A stretch of DNA of 37,754 nucleotides, taken from a virus. The stretch lies in IMG/VR virus record IMGVR_UViG_3300046346_000048; one strand, given 5' to 3'. Positions 1 through 6,532 of the stretch are shown here, in pieces (positions within the stretch are counted from its first letter, which is position 1; each line of letters starts with the position of its first letter). A program made the position numbers and the translations under genes. Below the pieces are notes generated by a model. That model was not told the origin of the DNA. It saw only the letters and a program-made list of their open reading frames with translations, and searched no databases.

Positions 1-127
1 GAAAATTCTTGGAATACTTGACAAAATTGATTATGGGCCGCAGAAACTATGTTTAAAAGAGGCTCGCCAGCCACAAATAACTGAGGACTAAATATAACCG
101 TTAAGTTTGGAGTGACAGCAAATGTGT
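1..127. repeat. Terminal overlap. Bases 1-127 are identical to 37628-37754, so the window is a closed 37,627-bp genome written with a 127-bp overlap.
   Basis: I compared the two ends directly. The string gaaaattcttggaatacttgac...gtgacagcaaatgtgt is present at both. The overlap lies inside an uninterrupted minus-strand reading frame. Confidence 0.95.
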
Positions 128-1004
128 ACCCATTTTGACTAACGCTATTATAGAAACTTCCATAAATTACAGCTGGGTTTTGCGTTTCATCTATAGCGAT
201 GCTAAACATTGTCGCTGTGTAACCCGCAAAAACTCTCGGAGATGCTACAATCAAGGATGCGCTAAGACTAGTAATCGCAACAGATTGGCCTCCTGATGTA
301 GTATCATAACCGATATAAAGATAATTTCCTGATACAGAACCATCCCATGACAATGTGGTAGCGGGTACGTAGGAAGCAGCTATATCTGTATTTACAGAAA
401 CATTTGTAGGCGTCGCAATACTTATGGCAATGTATTGAAGATGTGCGGTACCCGCAATTGTATTTGTAAAAACAATAATGAAATTGTTTCCAAGTACGAA
501 AACTCTCATGCCTCCACTTACTACACCTGAACTGACGGGGATTACAGTCGGAGCCACAATATTTTGACCTGTTACCACATCTGCAATAACATATTTGTTT
601 ACTGTGGTTGATCCATTAAATTCAAGATAAACAGTGCACACCAATCCGTTAGCAACAGCGCTATCACAAGCTGTTTGGTTAAAATTGTTGCGGATCAAAG
701 GAAGAGTATTGATACCCAAAGGTTGTATAGACCCTTTTTGAATCCAAGTAGCATTTGTATCATTATAAGCAGCAATGCTCGTACCAATCGCAGTAAGATT
801 GTCATTTAAGCTTGTAAGGTACGTATAGCTCGTGTTTGGAAGCGTCGACAATTGCTCATAGCCATTTCTTTTTTGAAGTAACCCACCTTTTGTAAAAATT
901 GCATTTTGAAGGGAAACAAAATTTCCAATAGGAGTCCTTTTAGGATCTGTCTTGGTATCAAGACCCTTTGCAAAAGAAACATCTATGGCTTGTTTTACTA
1001 TCAT
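1..1004 (-). CDS. Large tail (nozzle) protein, first ~334 codons. Same gene as 35515-37754, about 1038 aa in total across the circular junction. Possibly T7 gp12 / tail tubular protein B-like.
   Basis: It is absent from the ORF track because it runs off the window. The ATG at 1004-1002 overlaps the TGA of the upstream fibre gene (ATGA). My translation MIVKQAIDVSFAKGLDTKTDPKRTPIGNFVSLQNAIFTKGGLLQKRNGYEQL... stays open to base 1. It ends ...FVAGEPLLNIVSAAHNQFCQVFQEF, which is the start of the 728-aa ORF listed at 37701. The N-terminal pattern (Q.I.....G......P.....N......LQKR.G) resembles T7 gp12 from memory only. Confidence 0.6.
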   Translation of the reverse strand, partial: MIVKQAIDVSFAKGLDTKTDPKRTPIGNFVSLQNAIFTKGGLLQKRNGYEQLSTLPNTSYTYLTSLNDNLTAIGTSIAAYNDTNATWIQKGSIQPLGINTLPLIRNNFNQTACDSAVANGLVCTVYLEFNGSTTVNKYVIADVVTGQNIVAPTVIPVSSGVVSGGMRVFVLGNNFIIVFTNTIAGTAHLQYIAISIATPTNVSVNTDIAASYVPATTLSWDGSVSGNYLYIGYDTTSGGQSVAITSLSASLIVASPRVFAGYTATMFSIAIDETQNPAVIYGSFYNSVSQNGYTFAVTPNLTVIFSPQLFVAGEPLLNIVSAAHNQFCQVFQEF

Positions 1005-2293
1005 TTGATTCTCATGATATATACTGTCGATATGAACGGTGGCAAGCAAAGCGTCCCTGTCCCTGTAGAATTTGTGGTACCAGAAACAGTTGTTGTAATA
1101 TCTGGACCAGAAGGCGTTTTTGATAAAAGAGTAACGCCATCACGAGTTGGTCCCGTTGTATACCAATCTTCATTTGCACCCACTGTAGGATTGACTGTAT
1201 TAGATGCTCCCGTTCCAGCTGCTAACGGCCCAAAGATGGCAGTTGCTGGAGATGTAGCATCTGTAAAACTTCCTGTACTATAGACTCCGCTCGAGACACT
1301 TGGCATAGAGAAATGTTGTGTAGATGAATTTTTAAAATATAACCATTGATGCGAATGCTCAAAAGCATGTTCATGATTATCTGCCGCAACACTTGTAGTC
1401 GAAGTAAAGGTATGCGTATGCGCAGGTATAGTGTTTTGACCACCAGTAGTACTGTCAGTGGTGTTTCCTTGTAAAAAATTAGCGTTATTGAGATTAGGTA
1501 TAACCGCACCATTCATAGGTGAAGTGACATCACTAATGGTCTGACCGACACATAATACAAATCCATTTGCATCTGCTACAGTGGTAGCAGCAGTAGTATA
1601 TGCACCTGGAAGACTTGGAAATGTAGCTATCACACCTCCTAAAGGGGTATAGCCCACGGTACCAAAACTTAAATTTCCACTTGAATCGGATTGCATATAA
1701 CTTGTTGAAGCTGGTAATGCGACGGGCAATGTTAGATTATAATTTGCAGCTTGAGCCCCATTTGCTGCAATGGTAACACCTTTTCCTGATGCTACCTCTT
1801 GACCTATTATAACGGAGCCCACATTCATCGTCGCAGGTGTTAATGTCGCTTTATCAAAAGTAAAAGTGCCTGCACTATAAGAAGCGCTAGCTGTACCAGA
1901 AGGAAGTCCTGTAATAGTTCCCGCACTCCCTGTAACGGAACCACCAAGAGTAATTCTAACTTGATTTCCTGCACCATCATTATAATAAAGATCTACACCT
2001 GATACATATAAACAGTCTAAATCTGCAGGAAGCGCTATAGGTGACCCTTGAGATGTAAACCTCACACTTCTTAAAGACGTAGCATTATTTTGATTAAAAG
2101 TAAGATCCGAATTTATATTCATACCCGCAGGTGTAATCTGTACACCTTGACCAGGGCTATGATTGTGAGAATCAATTGCACCTAGACATGCATTGATATT
2201 ATTAGCCCAGTCAGGTCCAGGATCCGTCCCTACAACTGGAACGGGTAAATTCATATTGGGGGATATGATAGTATTTGGCATCAAAACACCCAT
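1001..2293 (-). CDS. Tail fibre protein with a phage tail-collar-like C-terminal domain
   Basis: 430-aa ORF. It has a Gly/Thr/Ser-rich beta-type sequence. The segment FVLCVGQTISDVTSPMNGAVIPNLNNANFLQGN...GGQNTIPAHTHTF matches the tail-collar pattern (C.G......PdLr..f..G....GG......H.H). It sits in the late tail module. Confidence 0.7.
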   Translation of the reverse strand: MGVLMPNTIISPNMNLPVPVVGTDPGPDWANNINACLGAIDSHNHSPGQGVQITPAGMNINSDLTFNQNNATSLRSVRFTSQGSPIALPADLDCLYVSGVDLYYNDGAGNQVRITLGGSVTGSAGTITGLPSGTASASYSAGTFTFDKATLTPATMNVGSVIIGQEVASGKGVTIAANGAQAANYNLTLPVALPASTSYMQSDSSGNLSFGTVGYTPLGGVIATFPSLPGAYTTAATTVADANGFVLCVGQTISDVTSPMNGAVIPNLNNANFLQGNTTDSTTGGQNTIPAHTHTFTSTTSVAADNHEHAFEHSHQWLYFKNSSTQHFSMPSVSSGVYSTGSFTDATSPATAIFGPLAAGTGASNTVNPTVGANEDWYTTGPTRDGVTLLSKTPSGPDITTTVSGTTNSTGTGTLCLPPFISTVYIMRIK

Positions 2294-2568
2294 ATATTGA
2301 CAGTAGCATTTGCGCTTGCTGTCAGAGTCAAAGTTAGACTATTCCATGCAGATCTCCATATTGTTGCATCTGCATTGTTATCTGTAAGAAACCAACCTTG
2401 TGGCTGTCTCTGTAAGCCATGGTTAATAACTTGAGCAATATTTGCGATGAGCTTAATTCCTGTTACCATGTTGCCTTGAAGAATAGGCAAATTTATGATG
2501 GGATTGATCTCAGAAGACCACCTTGTCTGAGCAAGACCCCATGATAAATTTGGACTTATATAAGGCAT
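2281..2568 (-). CDS. Hypothetical small virion-module protein (95 aa)
   Basis: The ORF is tightly packed and its end overlaps the start of the downstream fibre gene by 13 nt. No motif recognised. Confidence 0.5.
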   Translation of the reverse strand: MPYISPNLSWGLAQTRWSSEINPIINLPILQGNMVTGIKLIANIAQVINHGLQRQPQGWFLTDNNADATIWRSAWNSLTLTLTASANATVNIWVF

Positions 2569-2571
2569 TTA

Positions 2572-3627
2572 TCACCACCCAGCATTTGCGCCCCCTTGTG
2601 ATCCAAAACCCATACCACCATATAAAGGGTCCGATCTCGTGCTTGAGATAGTGTCAGGGATACCTGCATCTCTATTCTGGCTTGCTTGTTCTATTCTTGT
2701 TTTTAGGTATAAGATCTCTGCATCTAATTTAGATGTGTCGGTACCTTCCTCTTTGTCTAAAGCATACTTAGCAGCACGGACTATGGGATAACGTAACCAT
2801 CCTGAATATCCAAGCGTCGTAAGATCAATATCCTGAAGAAGAGAAGGAAGTTTAGGCGAATACCACATGCGAATCTGTTGATTGCCTGCTGGTGTAGGTA
2901 TGATATTTACGAAGTTTCCCATGAGACGATATCTCATGTTGTAAACTCCGTAAATTGTACTCGTAGAATTTGGATATACGTACTTATTGCGTTCTATGAA
3001 GTCGAACTTAAGAAGAGTGACCCACGCATTATTCGAAGTATTGATCCCAAGATCCATACCCGCAAGTTTGTAAAACGCATGAGAAGGCGAACCCGAAGAG
3101 TTGGGATATGTTCCACCAATATAATTGGTAACCCCATCTGGTACAGGATAATTCGCAGTCGTACCATTTGTATTGATAAAGACAAATTGTGACGCAAACA
3201 GATCTTCATAAGCAGTGATCAATATGTCATAAAGTTCGTACATTGCTAGACGAATGAATGCATTCCATTCACTCGTTACCACGAACTGAGAATTTACGCG
3301 ATCTGCCGTTTGCTGAGCTCTTAATCGTAATTCGTAAAGAGACATCTCTGATGGAGGAGCCGCAACCATCTGGGTCGTGGAAGAGGCTGTAGAACTTCCA
3401 GATCCATTGGTTGCGACTATGTAATAATAGTACATCACTCCGATGCCAGGCAAAGAATCAAGATATGAATTTACAAGACCAAGCGTGGCTAAAATGGTGA
3501 AATTAACACCATCCGTTGATCTGTAAACTACGTATCCCGTAGCACCCAAAGATCCGTACCATGATACTAAGATATTGCCATCAGATTGCTCCGCTGTTGG
3601 ATTCTGAGGCTGGTATGGTACTGCCAT
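2572..3627 (-). CDS. Virion structural protein with an N-terminal fibronectin type III-like domain (possible adaptor or tail component)
   Basis: 351-aa ORF. The N-terminus NILVSWYGSLGATGYVVYRSTDGVNFTILATL...YYYYIVATNGSGSS fits the FN3 pattern (lsW...a.gY.vyRs.dg..f......Y.Y.V.A.n..G.S). It lies between the capsid and fibre genes. Confidence 0.55.
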   Translation of the reverse strand: MAVPYQPQNPTAEQSDGNILVSWYGSLGATGYVVYRSTDGVNFTILATLGLVNSYLDSLPGIGVMYYYYIVATNGSGSSTASSTTQMVAAPPSEMSLYELRLRAQQTADRVNSQFVVTSEWNAFIRLAMYELYDILITAYEDLFASQFVFINTNGTTANYPVPDGVTNYIGGTYPNSSGSPSHAFYKLAGMDLGINTSNNAWVTLLKFDFIERNKYVYPNSTSTIYGVYNMRYRLMGNFVNIIPTPAGNQQIRMWYSPKLPSLLQDIDLTTLGYSGWLRYPIVRAAKYALDKEEGTDTSKLDAEILYLKTRIEQASQNRDAGIPDTISSTRSDPLYGGMGFGSQGGANAGW

Positions 3628-3639
3628 AAATCATCCTCA

Positions 3640-4632
3640 TCAAATCCCGTCAATTGTTACTGAACTGCCATCATATCTAAAGTTAAGACAGATCACGGAA
3701 CCTGTTGCGGGTGCGGTTACACCTAGAGCCAAGGTTCCTGTCAATGAAGCTGCGGACCCCGTAAAAGTGGGTGCAGATACTTCCCCTGCAGGAGTGCCCG
3801 CACTCGCTGCAACAACACCCCCAGCTGTTGCTGAGTTCGCACCTAAATAGGTAGCGTCTGTTGCTTCTTGTTTACCAAGCAAAGGGCCTGCATAGTTTGC
3901 GATATCATTTGTCGTAGATCCTGCTTGCCCTCCGATAACTGTAAAGTTATGGGTATGCGTACCAAGTGCAGAGCCAGAAAATGTCGGAGCAGATATAGTA
4001 CCTGCAGGAGTGTAAGCACCTGCTGTAAATATACCTCCCATGAATTGTAAAAGAAGCCATGCTCCACCATTGGATGCAATGTTTGAATTATTACTTGATA
4101 AGGTTGGATTTCCAACCACTTCAACTCCAAGAATCCCTGATGTTGTAGGAAGCTCAACTCTTGAAGTTGATGTGTTAGCACCAGCACCAACTGCTGTGGC
4201 AATAAAGGACACTCCCACCGCAGGTGTTACACCTTGTGGAAGTCCTATGGCTTGCCATTGAGCCAATGTAGAATTCCCCACAATCGTGATTACATAAGCT
4301 TGACCTGCAGTTAAAGCAGAGTTATCAATCTTAGTTGAAGTTGCGGTAGGGACTTGTGCTTGTACAAATCCGTTTAAATAATAATTAAAATTGTTTTGAA
4401 ATTGAATAAGAGCAAATCCGGCAGCAGGATTAGGATTTGTATATCCATCATTAGATCCTGGTGTTGTAGATGTGTGCATGAATACGTTACGTACATACCC
4501 ATTGCTTTTAAGCGATGTAATACCAAGACTATTTGTCGGCGTTACGGTAAATTGTAATCCGATATCCATTGGTTTAGTGACGTTTGTATAAATTGATTTG
4601 CCGTTAAGGCCAAAACCGCGGGCTACTGACAT
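3640..4632 (-). CDS. Hypothetical structural protein (330 aa) with duplicated TPAG..SAPTF.GSA segments and a THTHNF motif
   Basis: First gene downstream of the capsid gene, preceded by conserved late motif A. The internal repeat is YTPAGTISAPTFSGSALGTHTHNF / GTPAGEVSAPTFTGSAASL. Confidence 0.5.
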   Translation of the reverse strand: MSVARGFGLNGKSIYTNVTKPMDIGLQFTVTPTNSLGITSLKSNGYVRNVFMHTSTTPGSNDGYTNPNPAAGFALIQFQNNFNYYLNGFVQAQVPTATSTKIDNSALTAGQAYVITIVGNSTLAQWQAIGLPQGVTPAVGVSFIATAVGAGANTSTSRVELPTTSGILGVEVVGNPTLSSNNSNIASNGGAWLLLQFMGGIFTAGAYTPAGTISAPTFSGSALGTHTHNFTVIGGQAGSTTNDIANYAGPLLGKQEATDATYLGANSATAGGVVAASAGTPAGEVSAPTFTGSAASLTGTLALGVTAPATGSVICLNFRYDGSSVTIDGI

Positions 4633-4719
4633 AAATTTGTCCCTTTATAGCGTTGAAAATTCTCTCCGCACGGACTCAACGCCCTCCGGCGGCAGTATGA
4701 CTTGGGCAGTCTTCATATG

Positions 4720-4739
4720 TGGGACAAATGGGGTGATTT
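4720..4739 (-). promoter_or_regulatory. Conserved late-gene motif, copy A (minus strand AAATCACCCCATTTGTCCCA)
   Basis: The 20-nt string tgggacaaatggggtgattt is identical at 10988-11007. A related copy is at 30807-30826. All three lie in minus-strand intergenic positions upstream of structural ORFs. Confidence 0.5.
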
Positions 4740-4741
4740 GG

Positions 4742-4766
4742 AGCTAGCTAGAGAACCCAGCTAGCT
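4742..4766 (-). terminator. Stem-loop starting 7 nt after the capsid stop codon (possible attenuator, terminator or mRNA stabiliser)
   Basis: Two copies of the self-complementary octamer AGCTAGCT (4742-4749 and 4759-4766) are separated by 9 nt, giving an 8-bp stem. No U-tract follows, so intrinsic termination is uncertain. Confidence 0.35.
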
Positions 4767-4772
4767 TATTTA

Positions 4773-5090
4773 CTACGCAGATAAGAGAACGTTCATGTTC
4801 CAACCTGGGGCACTGTTTATTACGTTCCCGTAATAAGCCAGCCTGACCTCAAGAGCGTCCGCATTTCCAACTCTTAAGCCTTCCAACCCCTCCATGCCGT
4901 AGGTCAGAATGTGCGGTGCTTTTCCAAGTGTACGCAGCTTCCATGTATCCATAGTCAAACACCATGCTGTTTGCGGTTGGCATGAACGATCCGCAACAAC
5001 TGGAATTTTTCCATAAGCACTGTGGAAATGAATAGCTTCGAAAGCTACTTCAACTTCATCATGCTCAAGCATGACATATTGAACTTTTGC
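4773..5090 (-). CDS. Major capsid protein, exon 3 (105 codons plus stop)
   Basis: The frame of the 99-aa ORF (4773-5072) is open upstream to 5123. Intron 2 ends in G at 5091, and exon 3 then reads AKVQYVMLEHDEVEVAFEAIHFHSAYGKIPVVADRS... This is a typical capsid C-terminal pattern (G.iPVv.s) and is in frame with exon 2. Confidence 0.75.
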   Translation of the reverse strand, partial: AKVQYVMLEHDEVEVAFEAIHFHSAYGKIPVVADRSCQPQTAWCLTMDTWKLRTLGKAPHILTYGMEGLEGLRVGNADALEVRLAYYGNVINSAPGWNMNVLLSA

Positions 5091-5291
5091 CGTTTTGTTA
5101 CTCCACCTTTCGGTGTGGCCTACTCACCTCTTCGGGCTTCGGCTCTCGGATTTTATTTATTGTCCGAGTTCAGACTATCGCATCCCTTTCGGGTCTTCTC
5201 ACTTAGTCGTTCACGCTGCTTTCGCTTGCGCCCTGTCAGCCTGTCGGCCTTCCAAGTCAATCAGAGAAGATTTAGACTGGGCACAAAGTTT
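5091..5291 (-). ncRNA. Group I-like self-splicing intron 2 in the capsid gene (201 nt, no ORF)
   Basis: Paralogue of 6093-6306. The 5' exon ACUGGGU pairs with intron GCCCAGU (5276-5282), with a U:G wobble at the junction. The intron ends in G. Intron AACUUU pairs with 3' exon AAAGUU (P10). There are several GNRA-capped hairpins. Removing the intron joins ...STLVNELG to AKVQYVML... in frame. Confidence 0.8.
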
Positions 5292-6092
5292 ACCCAGTTC
5301 GTTCACAAGAGTTGAGTAACTTAGAAAGTCGATCACGATAAGATCGCAGTCTGCACCCTCTCGGTTTGCAAATGCCAAGGCATTCGTTAGACCTTCGGAG
5401 ATACTTTGAGATGAAGCATTATAGCGAAGCCCTGCTAAACGAGTAGGATCTGCACTACGATTTACTCCCCAGAAATTGTCTGTAGTTGGAGGATCTACAG
5501 AAGGAACCCATGCAGCCAAACCTGAAAGGCCGAGCATACCAGCAATAGTAGAGCTTCCACCAATACCGATATCACCCAAAACTTGTAGGTAGTCACTAGC
5601 AACCCATGATGATTGTGGGGCACCTTGTACAACCGTACCAGAGATTGCACCCGTACCTCGATTTACTGAAGTGATTTGAATTGCATCAATAGTACCTGGT
5701 GTATTTTGTAATGCTGCACCACCATCTGTTGTAGATGCTTGCATTGTCATGCCTACCTCAAACTGCACTACAGATTGAGGATTAAGCAATGTAAAGCTAA
5801 GCGTAGGCGCAACATACGTAACACCTGCTGCTGAGATTTGCCCACGTGATGCAGTCCCACCGTAGAACAACTCGAATGCCATGTTGTTACTAAGGTTGCG
5901 GAAGCCGTTGTCTAGTGTACGAGATGCTTCATCAACAAATGCACCTGCATTACTTTTGGTTTGTTCCATAAGTAAATTGGTAATTGTTATGAGCTGGTAA
6001 TCCTGAATCGCATACACAAAGTAACTTACAACATCACTTGCTGTTTGCTGATTCTGAGCATTCGCAAATGTGTGACTTCGACCTTGTGGATT
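5292..6092 (-). CDS. Major capsid protein, exon 2 (267 codons)
   Basis: This is the core of the 294-aa ORF 5211-6095. The apparent ATG at 6095-6093 is the last 3 nt of intron 1. The apparent C-terminal tail KLCAQSKSSLIDLEGRQADRAQAKAA is a translation of intron 2. The gene follows portal and scaffold genes. Confidence 0.75.
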
Positions 6093-6306
6093 CATTTTGT
6101 TACTCCACCTTTCGGTGTGACCTACTCACCTCTTCGGGCTTCGGCTCTACCACTTCTTTTGTTATATGGTAGTTCAGACTGTCGCATACTCTTTCGAGCC
6201 CCTCTCACTCAGTCGTTCACCGTGCTTTTGCTTCGGCCCTGTCACCTGCTTCCAGGCTTCCAAGTCAATCAGAGAAGGTTTTAATACGGCAATTCCATAA
6301 GGTTTA
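6093..6306 (-). ncRNA. Group I-like self-splicing intron 1 in the capsid gene (214 nt, no ORF)
   Basis: The 5' exon UACGGU pairs with intron GCCGUA (6285-6290), with a U:G wobble at the junction. The intron ends ...AACAAAAUG, so the terminal nucleotide is G. Intron UGGAAUU pairs with 3' exon AAUCCA (P10, with one bulge). Removing the intron joins ...KYIPVPLEYG to NPQGRSHTFANAQ... in frame. Confidence 0.8.
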
Positions 6307-6336
6307 ACCGTACTCTAATGGGACGGGAATATACTT
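6307..6336 (-). CDS. Major capsid protein, exon 1b (KYIPVPLEYG)
   Basis: A short open stretch with no start codon, in the +2 frame relative to exon 1a. It ends exactly at the P1-defined 5' splice site of intron 1. Confidence 0.6.
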
Positions 6337-6377
6337 CCCTGCACAAAATCACATTAGATGATGGGTCTGCTATTTAA
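6337..6377 (-). other. Non-translatable gap inside capsid exon 1 (candidate ribosomal bypass gap or mini-intervening sequence)
   Basis: The exon 1a frame stops at TAA 6356-6354. The exon 1b frame is closed by TAG 6372-6370 and TGA 6351-6349. A 7-bp hairpin, GAUGGGU (6383-6377) with ACCCAUC (6366-6360), contains Gly codon GGG 6380-6378. An identical GGG lies at 6339-6337. Confidence 0.5.
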
Positions 6378-6527
6378 CCCATCTGGACTCTCGTTTTTTG
6401 GAATCATTGCTAGCAACGGATTCTTGTTGTAGACAATGTTCTTCATGTAGTCTTTGTCATCCACATACAATTCTTTTAGAGCAGCAAGCTGATTGCTGCT
6501 ATTAGCATATTGCGGACTGATAGTCAT
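6378..6527 (-). CDS. Major capsid protein, exon 1a (50 codons, MTISPQYANSSNQLAALKELYVDDKDYMKNIVYNKNPLLAMIPKNESPDG)
   Basis: The ATG at 6527-6525 lies 5 nt after the scaffold gene stop. The full in-frame ORF is 59 aa, so it falls below the track cutoff. The sequence resembles capsid N-termini (..L.ELY......v.....Pl.a.i.k), judged from memory. Confidence 0.6.
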
Positions 6528-6532
6528 AAATT

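Noticed and set aside
906-1283. Numerous 60-170-aa ORFs antisense to, or out of frame within, long genes (for example 906-1283, 2878-3192, 3843-4202, 7118-7504, 8254-8724, 12187-12678, 15012-15350, 16725-17002, 21449-21805, 24342-24599, 24873-25070, 26219-26491, 31034-31303, 34241-34564, 36888-37226)
   Set aside because: They are shadow ORFs fully embedded in longer, better-supported genes. They lack ribosome-binding sites and have odd composition.
5211-6095. The 294-aa ORF as a complete capsid gene with its own ribosome-binding site and ATG
   Set aside because: The RBS-like GGTGGAG and the ATG are conserved parts of the intron 3' tail, and the same string precedes exon 3 with ACG instead of ATG. 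The last 27 codons translate intron 2. The upstream and downstream exons complete the protein in frame.
5022-6284. Plus-strand ORFs 5022-5315, 5095-5319 and 6045-6284, which encode similar peptides (VTPPFGVAYSPLRASAL...), as a duplicated small gene
   Set aside because: They are antisense read-through of the two intron copies. Their differences follow RNA-helix compensation rather than codon conservation. They have no ribosome-binding sites and oppose the operon direction.
6393-6399. The slippery heptamer A_AAA_AAC in capsid exon 1a as a -1 frameshift site that could reach exon 1b
   Set aside because: The -1 frame from this site hits TAG after 7 codons (RESRWVK*), so it cannot connect to exon 1b.
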